Source: Hormiphora californensis
Taxonomy: Eukaryota; Animalia; Ctenophora
Assembly: GCA_020137815.1 (NCBI GenBank)
Contig: CM035359.1
Location: forward strand, 2,232,001-2,296,000
Direction: 5' to 3'
DNA length: 64,000 bases
Positions within the stretch are counted from its first letter, which is position 1. Each line of letters opens with the position of its first letter. Under the pieces are notes generated by a model. It had not been told where the DNA came from. It searched no databases and saw only the letters and a list, made by a program, of their open reading frames with translations. The translations under genes were made by a program, and so were the position numbers. This document shows positions 25,600 through 39,963 of this stretch, in pieces.

Positions 25600-28500
25600 T
25601 TTGGGTAGGTACCTTTTCGTACTGCAGGAGAAATAATGCAGGAGTGGGTAGTTCCATGGAAAAGGGGTGAGGTGCTGCAGGGGAAAGGTCAGGATAGAGC
25701 TCCATAGAGGCCAGAGGGCAGAGGTAGGGAAATAGAGAGAGAGAGAGAGAAAGAGAGGGATGAGAATGAATTTTTCTTCTAAATGCTGGGGAATGGACGA
25801 GGAATTCTCAGAAATTCATCTTTATATGAGAGCTAACATGCAGCAACAAAGGCTGCGTTAGTTATGCAGCACGGCGTGCCTGGTGAAATTTTAACACGAC
25901 CTAGCATGCGACGGGAAACCACCACTTGTACGTGGTAGCTGAGGGTCTACAGAATGGCGCTACGGTGCGGGAAAAAACATTCCATTCCCTAAAATCTTTT
26001 TTTTTACTTTTATTTGATTTGGGTCAAAATTGGCTATATTAAACGTGGTCCCGAAAAATCCATAATGACTTAGCACACGAAATATGTCACCCCCACCTAT
26101 TTTTGGACGTAGAATCGATTGCCGTTGAAGTCGAATCTCTAAAATGACTGTAAAATGGTCAAAAGTTGATTTTTTAACCATTTTTTGGAGGTTTTTGGCC
26201 CCTAAACCATTGAAAACGTTGAGATAGGAATTTGAAACTAGTGCCAATCGTTAAAATGGTCATTTTTCCTACCAAGAACCAAGTTTTCGTGTATATCCGA
26301 TTTATGGTTAGAATTGGGCAAATTGTTGAAATCTGCCAACTAGGAGAACCGTACCTTGATTTTTTCCTTTTTTATGTTTTGGTATTTTTGATAAACTTCT
26401 GATTGAAATGGCCAGTCGGGACCATGCTTAAGTTGTTTATTGGGATAAATTTCGACTAAAATCCAAGATTTCATACCAATCCAATAACAGATCGTTGATT
26501 TATAGAAAATTTAGGTAGGCAAAACGGTCAAAATATCAACTTTTTTTGCTTATTTTGACCGTTTTGCCTACCTAAATTTTCTATAAATCAACGATCTGTT
26601 ATTGGATTGGTATGAAATCTTGGATTTTAGTCGAAATTTATCCCATAAACAACTTAAGCATGGTCCCGACTGGCCATTTCAATCAGAAGTTTATCAAAAA
26701 TACCAAAACATAAAAAAGGAAAAAATCAAGGTACGGTTCTCCTAGTTGGCAGATTTCAACAATTTGCCCAATTCTAACCATAAATCGGATATACACGAAA
26801 ACTTGGTTCTTGGTAGAAAAATGACCATTTTAACGATTGGCACTAGTTTCAAATTCCTATCTCAACGTTTTCAATGGTTTAGGGGCCAAAAACCTCCAAA
26901 AAATGGTAAAAAATCAACTTTTGACCATTTTACAGTCATTTTAGAGATTCGACTTCAACGGCAATCGATTCTACGTCCAAAAATAGGTGGGGGTGACATA
27001 TTTCGTGTGCTAAGTCATTATGGATTTTTCGGGACCACGTTTAATATAGCCAATTTTGACCCAAATCAAATAAAAGTAAAAAAAAAGATTTTAGGGAATG
27101 GAATGTTTTTTCCCGCACCGTAGCGCCATTCTGTAGACCCTCAGCTACCACGTACAAGTGGTGGTTTCCCGTCGCATGCTAGGTCGTGTTAAAATTTCAC
27201 CAGGCACGCCGTGGCAGTTCGAAGCTGTCCATGAACACCTGTGTTCTGAGCAAAATGCAATGCTTAGAAAGAATTTAATTTATACTAATTCTCCAATGAG
27301 CAAGTACCAGGAACCGACCGAAACAAGTAAACAACCAATCAGAATTCGTTGTATAGGTCACGTGACTGGTTATCAGCCAATCAGGGACCAGTATTTCCTG
27401 ATTCGGTCGATTCCTGGCAAGTACCCGAATTGTATAATAGTTCTGTTATCTGTTTGTTTGTTAGTTTGCCCAAGATGGATCGGATTCGGACGACGCGGGG
27501 CCTGTCGTGCAGATCGCGCTGGCAAGTTCTCGCTCAGAATTGAGAGCGAAGAGAGCGGTCAGTATATTGCCATGTAACGCAGTCTGCTGTCAGAGCATTG
27601 GCCTGACAGGCAGTCTGAGAGCTGACAGACTAAGTCTGAGAATGTATGAGGGCTAAATACGATACACATGGCCTGAAGTTGTACTTACAAATTAGATCTG
27701 TCCAGTTTTGTGTCGCCTGTACTGTGATTTGTACACAGTACCCTGTCACGAAATCTAACAAAAATTTAGGACATTGCTTTTTACTTTAGTTATGATAACT
27801 TTAATTTTGTTCTTAGTAACCGTAACAATCTCACATCTCTCTTATATATATACGTGCAGTCGGTTAGTAGTCTAGTCTAGTCCGAGTAAGTAAAATTGTT
27901 AAGGATAAGCTAGTTTCAGACACCCCGACCCTGGGCGGGGGGTTGGGGTATCTAAAAAGCCACTTTCGGGATGTGGATGTGGTCATCGACTAAAATTGAT
28001 TACCTGTCCAACTTGAGTGGTTTTGTCTTAGTTGCTAAGCCACACAATCTGCTATGAATTGTCTGTCTGTCTGTCTGTCGGTCTGTCTGTTGTACTCTGT
28101 CTTGGGATGGTATCCTTGTCAAAGTCTAAATGCCGGGGAGTTATAACTGTAGGTGGATCTGTGACATAGTCAGATCAAACCCTAAACACATTGTTTTGGT
28201 ATGATTTTGGGTATTCACATAATCCAATACAATATGAGTATATCGAATTCGATTGCATATATATATCGATTGTATTTGTTTGCCCCACCTAACACCTTGA
28301 TCAATCCAAAGTTAAAGAATGAGATATATAATATGCAGATTTGTATGCAGATATCGATATATTTATTTGAATTGATAGCCCAGAGATATCATCATGCGCT
28401 CCAGGGAGAGGGAGATCAGAGCACGTGCAAAAATTATAGAGAACAACACCAAGTTTAGAGAAGAGAGAGGAAGAGAGGGAGAGAGGAAGAGAGAGAGAGA

Positions 28501-29073
28501 GAGGGGAGAGAGAGAGAGCGCGAGAGAGAGACGGTTGGGGGGGGAAAGAGAGTGTAACTCTAGAGATATTAGAGATCTAGAGAGAGAGCGATAGATAGAG
28601 AGATGATGAGAGAGAGGAGATAGAGATCGAGAGAGAGGAAGAGAAGACTAGGAGAGATAGAGTGGTAGGAAGGCCCTTCCTGAAGGGTAAAAAAATAATG
28701 ATCAAAGCATCAGAAGAAGGCAAAGGCGAGGCGCGTGTTGGTTTTCATGCGATATAACCACAGCAGAGAGGTTGATTCTGATTTACAATTAGATATCGCG
28801 AGGTATGAGGGTCATTGTTTCATTGAGATAATATCTCAGATTATATGTAAGAGCAAGATGCAAGGGATATCATTTCTTCACAGATATGATAGAGCGGAGA
28901 GGAGATTTATATAATCCTACTCGGGTGGTAGAGCAACTTCCGGCGGCAGTTTATCGAGGGCCGTTATTAACTGGGGGTCGGAACGGACACAAAATATTCG
29001 CTCCCTCCATGACCCAGGCGTGGTGTCTTGGTGGTGGGAAATACTGAAGAAGGGGACGTCAAAAGAGAGAGAA

Positions 29074-29105
<32 letters not shown>

Positions 29106-32100
29106 TAGAGAAGAGAGAGAGCGATAGCGTAGAGATAGAGAGAGCGCGAGTAGAGAGAGAGAGAGAGAGCGAGAGCGAGAGAGAGAGAGAGATAGGAAAG
29201 TTATGGTGTTGTCCTCTTGCTAAATGGATGGTATCGTGCTGCACTAACTAAGCTACTGCCCCACATGCTAAGTTTTCTACAGATCTAATACACATCACGT
29301 ACACATCACGTCACATAAACATGACGTTTGATGGAAAACATTGTAATCAGGACTGCACAGGTTCAAGAAATAGAGAACAAGAACTATATTTGGAAGTTGA
29401 GTGGGTATTATTATAGGGAAGAATTGGTCACATTGATACCTGAGTGAGATCGAAGTCGTGCGCGACTGAGATCGATCTCACATACATTATTCGCAGAGCG
29501 AGAATAGGTTGCAATGGATCCAAGGGGAAGAAGGGGTGAACAATTAGTAGAGAGAAAATGTAAACCGAATTATCAAGACTCCAAAACGGCGTGAGAGAAA
29601 AACAGGAGTTCTGTGCAGCCCCGAACCCACATGTATATCAAATTCAAACAAAAAAGGGGCAAAAAGTGTATCACAAGGAGCTGTTGTGTGTTCATACAAT
29701 GTTGTCTGTTCGGCATCTTTTGACTTCTTTTTTCTGTAAAATGGAGTTAATATAACTTCTTTTTTTCTGTAAAATTGAGTTATTATAACTACTTTTATCT
29801 GGAAATATATAATCTAGCTAAACGAGACAGGGAGCTCAAAATTGGTTTATAACCCACTCGCAGCTATCCCCGGTTATCCAACAGCAAACAGAGAGAGAGA
29901 GAGAGATAAGAAAAACTAAAGCAGGAGAACCACCACACCAAATATGACGTAATAGCATGACGTCACCTATTATTAGTTACTAATTAGTTACTAATTAGTT
30001 ACTAATTAGTTACTAATTAGTTACTAATTAGTTACTAATTAGTTACTAATTAGTTACTCACCCTTTCCTGCTCTTCTCCTGCTGCTTGATCTGGTTTTGC
30101 CTCTGGCATCCGTTGTCTTTCAACAACTTATCCATTGCTGCTTGATGTGATTTCTCCATATTTGCCTTTTCCTGAGCGTGGTGTGGGGGGTCAACACCGG
30201 GTTACAAATTACTAAAGTATTGTATTGCTAAATCCAACTACGATATAATCAATTAATTAACTAATTATAGTTTTTTACCTTGGCATGTTTCTTAAGAAGA
30301 TCTGCTTCACGTTTCTCCTGTTTAGTGTAGAATTTGATCCATGCTTTGGTCTTCTTAACGGCCTCCTCAGTAATCTCACTCCAGTCGATTCCAGCAATGG
30401 CTGGGGGTCGGGGGAGGAAAAGTGTTATAATGATTATATTATATTGAAAAGTGTTATAATGAGTATATTATTGAAAAGTGTTATAACATTGCTGATAGTA
30501 GTAATGAGTATTATATTGAAAGCAATTTAAAAGGGAGCAACTACGGTATATGTCCTGGCCCTGAGCCAGATGGAAGCAACTGCAGTAGGTTTTTTATTTG
30601 ATTTGATAGAAACGGTTGCCATTAATGGAATGAACATTTTGTACGGAGCCAAACGGAGGTCAAACTATTATAACTCATCCTGATGAATTCCTATTATATT
30701 GTTTCATTAACTATAACTACGACCGCAAGTTTTGGGTACCTAAAAAAAGATATAATAACTAAAGAAACTAAACGGCAGCATGAGGCAGCTATAATAGTAT
30801 AACTTAATGATATTAAAACAGAGCGTTAATCAAACCGAGTAATTCACTGCGTCTTCCGGCGGTGCTAAGTTTTCCCTGTAACGAATATATTATATTAATT
30901 GATTAAATGATATTATATAACAAATCATCAAAGAATTTAATAAACCTGCAGCGTTGAAAAGGAAATGTGTAAAAAGCGATATTCAACATAATCAATTATA
31001 AACCGCAGCATAAACCATTTTAAACTACAGCGGATAATAATAAATAGGTACTGAAAACTAAACAAAGCATTATAACATTATATACCCTCGCTCTATAACA
31101 ATGATTACGTCTTCCTGTTAGAACGTATAATGTATTGATACGAATGTTAGAAAACATTGTTGAGTAGGGGGTGAACTTGTTTTGTTCAAACGCGGGGGGG
31201 GGGGGGAAGGAGGGTCGAACAAGGCAAGGGTGCACCCGGGTGAGAGACCTTCTCCAGAGAGACCTTCTCCACTCCTTACTCAACAGAGAAAACAGGGGGA
31301 AGTTGATCTACCGAACCATGACAGAAACGAGCACGAAATAAAATGACAGTATGAGCCACACAAGGGCCGAGAAGCAACTCAATAACGAGGTGGCCAATCA
31401 GAACTCGTTATTTAGGTCACGTGACTGGTTATCATCCAATCAGTGACCAGTATTTCCTGGCCGGGAAGCAACTCAATAACGAGGTGGCCGGTTGGACTTG
31501 TCGAGTAAAGAGGTGCAGCCTTTAACAAGGTATGAATATATTTGTTGTGCAGTAAGGGCCGGTAACGCAACAAAAGTACACCCCAGCAATTCAAGTGGGT
31601 GTAATAATTCAAGGAGGTACAAACATAAAGGCAGTACCCATCGTGATTGGGATAGATCAGCCACGAGGAAATCACCTCGTTTTTTAGAGTCTAAATTTAC
31701 TAAGTAGACTCACTTGTTTATTGACTTGGCTGTAACCTCCCCCCCCCCCTCACAGTACTAAGTAGACTCACTTGTTTATTGACTTGGCTGTAACCTCCCC
31801 CCCCCCCCCTCACAGTACTAAGTAGACTCACTTGGCTGCTCGCTCCCCCCCCCCCCCCTCACAGTTTATTGACTCACTTGGCTGTAACCTCTCCTCCACA
31901 TCAGGTATGTCCTCAGCCTTCACATCCCATTGCGTCGTGATCCTACTCTTGTTGTTCGCCTTATCATCCGTCACCAGATTAGCCCGATCATCTCCGACGT
32001 AGAGGCCACCCACGAACTGCTCTTTTTTGATCAGATCTTGTGGTGTCTGGCCCACTTTGGGCATTGTGTTCGTGAAGCTGTCCAGGTTGTTGAGGACAAT

Positions 32101-33822
32101 GGCCGCTTGTTGGGTTGGTTCAGGTTTGGGCGGTGGAGGGGCGGTGGAGCCATCCGGAGCAGCTCGTCCCTGGGATAGGATAACCAGCGATAAATTCAGC
32201 GGAACAACCAGCACATGATAATAATAATAATAATAAGCATGTTTATCAAGATATATATTTCAGCAACTTTTTACCTCTGTTATTCCAGATCTTTGTATTC
32301 TTACCTTGACACGCCTCTTGTGCCGGTTGTTAGTTTGTGTTGCAGGTCCACTTTTCTCGGCCTCAGCTTTAGGTTTGTTATCGTCCACCAAATCATCATC
32401 ATCAACTAGAGTCTTCAGGGCATCAGATCGCATGGACATCACCTCATCCTGCGAAGAGAGGTGTCAGAAGATTCAGGGGGTTCAAATGAGAGGTCAGGTG
32501 TCAGAACTTTCAGGGGGTTCAAATGAGAGGTTGCAGGTGTCAGAACTTTCAGGGGGTTCAATTTAGAGCTTGGTTAGAAGTTAAATTATTGTGTGTCTGA
32601 TATCTGTTTCACCCAAAAAACATCGCAATAGTCTTCAGACTGGTCACCGGGGTCTAGGGTTTTCTCAGTTGCAGTGGGTAGGGTTTATTGAAGTGCGTTT
32701 CGGGGCGTTAATTGGGGGTTTTAGAGGCCATCCTGTTGTCGGTGAGGTGAGGTTTAAAGGGGTAGAGGAGAAGATGGTAGCGAACGTTCAGGGTTAAGAG
32801 ATTGGGAGTAAAGTAAAACCATGAAGGGGTAAGGGGGAAATCGGCAAAATTGAACAAAAAAAAAGGTTCGAACGTCCTTACTAGGTCCTACGAATCCTAC
32901 CTGTTTTGTGCGCGTGGGATACCCAGGCATTAACAAGTTTAGCTCTCACGGGATGATCGCGCCTCAATTCTGGCGAAAATAAGCCATCCTGTTGGGGGGT
33001 GAGAAATTTAACGGTGTGGAAGGAGAGGGGAAAAAGGGGGAAAAAGGGGGGAGAGAGGGAAAAGAAAGAGAGGAAAAGAGGGAAAAGGGAAAAAAAAAAA
33101 AAAAATTTGGGGGGGGGGGGGCCCCGGGGGGGGGAGGGAGGGGGGGGGGAGGGAAAAAAGGGGGGAGAGAAAAAGGAAAGAGGGTTTAGGGGGGAGGGAA
33201 AAAAACTTTTTTGGGGAAAAATTTTTTTTCCCTTTTTTTTTTTAAAAAAAATTTTAAAAAACCCCCTTTTATTTGAAAATTTTTTTTCCCCCTTTTTTTT
33301 TCCCCCCCCTCCCTTTTTAAAAACTTTTCCCCTTTTTCTTGACAGTGGCTGCTTGGTTTGGGTCATGAAATCAGGCTTCAGTAGGTACCCACTTTTGTTG
33401 TTAAACTCAAACTTGCCTGGAGAAAAGGGAAGGGAGAGGGGGGTTGAGAAAATGGGGAAAGTGATGGAATTCTGATGGCAATAATAGAACAATCAACATT
33501 TAAAATTCACATTTATTGTAAATCTCAGCAAAGGTTGGCTTCAAAATAAGGCACTTGTCACAATATTTCCACCAAATCAGGCCGCGAGGAAGGGTGCAGA
33601 GTGGGAATCTTTGATCAACTCTTCCTCTCTATCTCTCTCTATATATATATATCTCTATTTATATATATCTCTCTCTCATCACGGTATCACGTACAACTCT
33701 CTCTCTCTCTCTCTCTCTCTTTCACTGGACCAGGACCAGATATTATCTTCGGACGCCATGTGGATAGTAATATATTATTCCCCAAGTCGTATGTGGTGTT
33801 TTAGGTCTAGCTCTTTCTCTTT

Positions 33823-33874
<52 letters not shown>

Positions 33875-36800
33875 ATTTGGTTGTTAATACACCAAGAGAC
33901 TGCACACGCATACACTCAGGGAGATGAGGAACTCACACGAGAGAATAAAATGGGGCCAAGAGGTTTAAAATCAGCAAAAATGGAACGAAAAAGAGCATTC
34001 CAAGAAGAAAAAACGGAGCGAAAAATAGCAAAATGGATCAAATAAGGGCTGGAGGAATTTGAGAAAACGATGCCGTGATGGGAGCAGGGAGGAGGAAAAG
34101 ATTGGAATAATTTGAAAAAGAGAGGAAGAGAAGAAAAGAAAAAGTAGTCGAAAAATGATAATCCCAGATGGGACTGAGACAGCCTCGATCAACGAAGAAG
34201 TTCAGAAGAAGAAGAATGAACAAGATAGGGAAGTAGGCCGAAACTGAATTAGATACTGATAGGGACTTGAAATAAAGAGGGAGGTAGACACTAGACAGAA
34301 AATAAAGATATGGATCAGATAGACAGAATATTAAGATAGGCCTAGATAGACTTGTTGAGATAGATTTGTTGAGATAGACAGAATATAAAGATAGGCCTAC
34401 ATAGACAGAAAAAAAGTAAGATAGAGAGAGTGAAAAATTCACATAAAACTGCATCATCACGTCATTTCTCATTGATCAACAGTGCTAGACCCGTAATCTT
34501 TGCTCTCTCTCTCTCCATCTCTCTCTCTCCATCTCTCTCTTACCCAGCGCCAACTGCATTGGCACATCCATAACTTGGTAATTCATTGCCACCAATTGGC
34601 AGCCGAAATTCCAGAACAGTTGTGGCTGGAAGTTGTCCGACTTGTACCGACCCACTGATTATCAGGGGGTGAGGGAGGAGGGGGGTTAGAGCTGACGGTG
34701 GTGGGGGATTCTCACCTATGTTAAGCTGCATGGGGAGATCGAGTGTTTGGTAGTTTAGGGCGACCATCTGGCAGCCTGTGTTCCAAAACATTTGAGGTTG
34801 GTAATTATCCGAGGCTACCCTTGCTCCTATGATATGAGATTAGAGATGGGGGTCAAGTGATTGAACTAAGATCAAATAGAGAGCTGTTGATCCCTGGAGG
34901 GGTAATTAATTTATACAGAGCGGGAGGGAATTAATTAAGGGGAGTTTTCACCCCTAGCATATTGTATCTCGAATTAGAGAACGCTGGATATGTTGAATAT
35001 GTAAATATGGAGCCTTTAAGGGTACGCTAACCAAAATTTTTTTTCGAGTGCAGGGAAATCTCTCACCGTAGGGTTGTAGGCCATGCCAAGGAGACCTCAA
35101 ATATGCAATTTGAGCTCTCAAGTCGAATTCATATTTTTGCAACAGCTGCTTGAAAAATGAACTGAAAATAAGTTTTTGGCATCTCAAAAAATTTTTTTCA
35201 AAGATAGGAGCATGAAAATTTGGGGATTTGAAGAGGACATGAAGGTGAATAACCACAAAAAATTTTTTTGCAATCCGAGCTGATTTCCGGTCCTGAGATG
35301 GATTTCTTTTTTTCCACTTTAACGCCCTATTTGGCAAAGTTCCGAAAACATGTGAAAGCTGTAAATTGGTGAAAAGTTGCGTCTAACGATTATCTAAGTG
35401 CCCATAAATTTTGGGCGTGTCCTTATTTGAGATAAGCTGTACAGAATTTTTTTTGTGAAAGCCGTCATTTCAGAAATAAATAAATTCCCTGTATCTCAAA
35501 AACGGCTGATCGTAGAGACCTGAGACTATGCTTAAACGATTCAGAAGGTCCGATTTTGGGGGGGTCTTCTGAGAGACATTTTGCTCCTACTTCAACCGTT
35601 TTTGCTGTAATTGCGAAAAACAAATTCTATGAAAAGGGCAAAAGCTAAACTCCAATATCCTGTAATTAGGGAATTTTAGCTAAGAAAGGACCGAAACTAT
35701 GGAAAAATGTTTAACAAGCTAATTCCTTCACTATTTGGTCCATATGGGTCCCTATAATCATCAAAAACAAAATCACAAAAAATCCACGATGGCGAAGATG
35801 GGTTATTGTTTTTCGCAATTACAGCAAAAACGGTTGAAGTAGGAGCAAAATGTCTCTCAGAAGACCCCCCCAAAATCGGACCTTCTGAATCGTTTAAGCA
35901 TAGTCTCAGGTCTCTACGATCAGCCGTTTTTGAGATACAGGGAATTTATTTATTTCTGAAATGACGGCTTTCACAAAAAAAAATCTGTACAGCTTATCTC
36001 AAATAAGGACACGCCCAAAATTTATGGGCACTTAGATAATCGTTAGACGCAACTTTTCACCAATTTACAGCTTTCACATATTTTCGGAACTTTGCCAAAT
36101 AGGGCGTTAAAGTGGAAAAAAAGAAATCCATCTCAGGACCGGAAATCAGCTCGGATTGCAAAAAAATTTTTTGTGGTTATTCACCTTCATGTCCTCTTCA
36201 AATCCCCAAATTTTCATGCTCCTATCTTTGAAAAAAATTTTTTGAGATGCCAAAAACTTATTTTCAGTTCATTTTTCAAGCAGCTGTTGCAAAAATATGA
36301 ATTCGACTTGAGAGCTCAAATTGCATATTTGAGGTCTCCTTGGCATGGCCTACAACCCTACGGTGAGAGATTTCCCTGCACTCGAAAAAAAATTTTGGTT
36401 AGCGTACCCTTAACACACAGACGGGGTAAAGAAGAATCGAATAAGAACTTTACTTGGATAGAGAGATGGTATTTTTTTCACGACCCATTATACACAGATC
36501 TTAGTATAAATAACTGGACAGTTCTCCCCTTAGTTAACGTAATGGTCTCTCTTTTTCTCTCTTAGTAATTAGTAACTATCTCACTTTCTCTCTCAGTAAT
36601 TAGTAAAGATCTCTCTTTCTCTCTTAGTAATTAGTAACTATCTCACTTAGTAATTAGTAACTATCTCACTTTCTCTCTTAGTAATTAGTAAAGATCTCAC
36701 TTTCTCTCTTAGTAATTAGTAACCATCTCTCCAGAGCAGTAATTTATACCTTTGGGGTAAATCCTACTCAGTTGGCGCTTGTTATAAGATACAAACTTAA

Positions 36801-37987
36801 CAGGTTTCTCCTTCAGGTGATTGAGTGCGGTTGTCTCCACAAATGATGACATCTCGTAACTAACACCTTTCTCCGCCGCTGCCTCGAAACCTAAATAGAG
36901 AGAGAGGCGGGTTTAGTAGCTGTAACTAGAGAGAGAGAGAGAGGCCGAGTAAACATAAATAGAAGATTATAATAGTAAATAGTGATTCGGTGTAATCGAT
37001 GAAAACACCCGGTAAAATAAGATACCTCTAAACTTGAGGGCAGGCATGATATAGTTAACGAGCTTGGAGAGAGAGGCCTCAGCGTCCTCCTCTCGATCCT
37101 CCCAAGACTAAAACAGGAAAGGGTGTGTGTTAGAAAGTTGGTTCACCCACGGGGTGTAACTATTGCACGTGTCATTGATCATATACTATCATCTTCGGTC
37201 TAATAGATCCTAGACTTGTAAGGATCTGACATCTCACAGCAGTTTTTGGTGTCTTGTGACTCGATCAATGAACATAATCCAACATAACACATACACATTC
37301 AATTCAAGTGTATTCCAGAGTATGATCTGGACCCTCGATCAATGTACAGGGTGTTCATTTTGGATCTTTACAAGTTTCATGGCCTAAAATATTGTCACTT
37401 GATCTCTTCTGGGTGAAGCCCAACGCTTGTAAAGATCCAAAATGATCACCTTGTACAACCAAATATCTCGCAAACTTAATCCCACAAATATACTTCACGT
37501 TTAATTTGTACACACATCACATTATATTATCAGTACACATTCAGATTACAACGTGTATTCTACACGGTTTTCATTATTTGTCACGTGCACCACTTACTGC
37601 TGGTTTTTTCTCTTCCTCAGCCTGAATTTTAAACGTGAGAGATGATGTATATATTGGTCGTGGATAGATAATGAGATAATGTGGTTAATTTGACATAGAA
37701 TTTGGTTACGAAGTCACCCCTATTATTGCATATCCGTGAGCTAGCGCAGAGGGGGAATTTCATTACCAAACATAGAATTTACCTTGTGACTAACTAAACT
37801 TGAATGTTTATTGACAGATCTCGAGTTCATATTCCTGATCATGTCATTAACTCTCTTTACTAATAACTAATCACACTACTACTATAATAACTAATAACAC
37901 TACTAATTACTAGTATTGCACTCACCCCCGCTTTTGCTTCGTCCTCAATATTTTCTTGAGGAGGTTCCACCCCATCGAGATAGATAC
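22653..37987 (-). CDS. phospholipase C-beta-like gene, 3' half (X-Y linker, Y box, C2, coiled-coil C-terminus); several exons frameshifted in noisy sequence
   Basis: Exons 37987-37926, 37621-37598, 37107-37026 (LSKLVNY), 36890-36750 ([20 protein letters not shown]), 34826-34716 ([34 protein letters not shown]), 33416- ([14 protein letters not shown]). K/E-rich coiled-coil exons follow near 32.4, 30.4, 30.1, 25.2, 24.8, 23.8 and 22.7 kb. Confidence 0.85.
23061..23170 (-). mobile_element. family A hAT-like MITE
   Basis: Reverse-complement copy of the family consensus. Confidence 0.85.
25870..27213. mobile_element. Chapaev-like foldback element, copy 1
   Basis: ~665-bp near-perfect arms with a ~15-bp spacer; CAC...GTG termini; 4-bp TSD GCAG. 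Confidence 0.8.
27308..27416 (+). mobile_element. family A hAT-like MITE
   Basis: 8-bp TSD GCAAGTAC at 27300-27307 and 27417-27424. Confidence 0.88.
35020..36409. mobile_element. Kolobok-like foldback element in a PLC intron
   Basis: TTAA|GGGTAC...GTACCC|TTAA with ~600-bp inverted arms. Confidence 0.8.
37347..37453. mobile_element. Tc1/mariner-like MITE
   Basis: TA|CAGGGTGTTCATTTTGGATCTTTACAAG...CTTGTAAAGATCCAAAATGATCACCTTG|TA. Confidence 0.7.
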
Positions 37988-39204
37988 CTACAGGGAAATT
38001 GCAGGGTGTTATAAGAGAAAAGTAATGGCGTGTCGTACATAGAGAGAGTGCTCAGAAAAGTAATGCCTCACGTTACGAGATAAACATGCAAAGAGAAATT
38101 AAAAACAAATATATTGATTATTGCTCTACAACGAAGAAACCAAATTCTCAAGACTTGCTGATCATTAGATAATTTAGGACGGATAAAATAATAATAGTAT
38201 AGTGCGAGTGAAGTTGAAGCAACGCACATTACCCACACGCACACTCACTATTTCTTGGGGCTGTTCCAACTCGGCTGCGCTTGATCCGATGCAGGGCGCG
38301 TGAGAGGAGAGGGTTGGAGGGAGAGAGAGGAGAGATGAGACGGAGCAGAGAGAGAGAGAGCAGAGATCGAGGAGAGACGAGAGAAAGAGAGAGAGATGGA
38401 TGAGAGAGTGAGAGAGGAGATGAGAGAGAGAGAGAGAAGAGAGAGGAAGAGAGATGAGGACGAGAGAGAGAGAGAGGGAGAGAGAGAGAGAGAGGAGAGA
38501 GAGATAGAGGGAGAAGAGCGAGAGAGAGAGAGAGAGAGAGATAGAGGGAAGGAGAGAGAGAGAGAGAGAGACGAGAGGAGAGAGAGAGCCACTCTGCTAG
38601 AACGCTCGTGTACAACACATACAGAGAGCAGCAGCTAAGGTGTCATTAGCAAAGAAAAAAAAAGAAAGTGGACCTTAGCTCTAGAGTAAGAGAGAACACA
38701 GGACTAGGAAATATGAATTGAGAAAAGAAGAGAGGACTGGTATATTATAACAGGTCAGTTAATTTCCAGATTGGGGAATATAAATTGCGTCATGAGATAA
38801 AGAAGTTGAATATTGGAAAATTCCATCTGTAATAACAGAAAAAAATTTCGCATGTGTTTATCACACATCGATTGAATGATTGTGTTCTATCTCCAACTGT
38901 TTTTAAAATGTTAAGCAATAAGCATATTTCTGAGCGGGGACCACCACTGGTTCATACCCACTCATCTTTAAATGAAATATATATGAATATATTTATTCAT
39001 CCACTAGGGTATACCGGGGCGATTTGAAGTACTTTTTACTAGATCGGCTTCTCGTGTCTCTAATAAGGTCTACATCATCTATTTTGATGGGGATCACTCT
39101 TTTCTTTATACCACGAAGCTAAACCTAATGAAGGACATGGTTTCTCCAACTAAATCTCCCGATGTGGAGAATACCAGAAGTTTTGGCCAGAAATTGAAAA
39201 AATA

Positions 39205-39288
39205 TATATTGTAAACATTTGGCGTACGCTGCAGTCCCTCTCACCTAGGTGAGAGGGACTGCAGCGTACGCCAAATGTTTACAATATA
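39205..39288. repeat. 84-bp perfect spacer-less palindrome
   Basis: TATATTGTAAACATTTGGCG...CACCT|AGGTG...CGCCAAATGTTTACAATATA. Confidence 0.9.
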
Positions 39289-39963
39289 GGTGCACCTAGT
39301 AGCAAGTTTTTCAACTGTTTACAGCCCTTGTAAACATTTTTAATAATATCTCTGGTTCATGATACAAAAAAGAAGGCCCATAACGTGTGTTTTGGTAAGA
39401 AAATTGCAAGAACTTTTCAAGTTTACAAGTTTACAAATAAAGTTATGGTGATACGTGATACACAACAGATCTTCCTTTTATGGGTCCACCTAAATAAAAA
39501 TCAAAATAATCGTCTCCTCACGCCCTCTCTCTAGAAACATACAGCACATTGAGGGGGAAATCGTTGGGAACTGACGGATAACCTCTGACAGGGGGACTAA
39601 TGTCCATTTTTTTCAACTGTTCACACCCCCTAGTTTTGGGGAAGTTTATTTCTTCCTTATGAGATGAGAGACTTCATCTCGGGACTCGAATGCATTGGCC
39701 GGGCTCGGGGGCGGGGGGCTTGCCGCTTGAACACGAAAGTCGAAGCATTTAAAAATGTGCTTTATCTGATCAGGATATTTATTTATTCAATCTAATTTGT
39801 ATACATTGAATCACAATCAACATACACGCCCCTTCTATCTGATCAATTTTTTTTCAATTCAATTCAATTCAAATAATTTGCGCACAAATACACAGGATAT
39901 TTAAAAAAATAAACCTCCTCATTAGTCATTAATAACACACCAGCTCAGCAACAACAACATTCA

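Noticed and set aside
27430-28166. Possible solo LTR (TGTCAC...GTGACA)
   Set aside because: No matching TSD, PBS or second copy in the window.
32990-33340. K/G/F/P-rich ORFs
   Set aside because: Homopolymer-rich low-quality sequence where PLC C2 exons are expected; likely a consensus artefact, as at 6200-6460.
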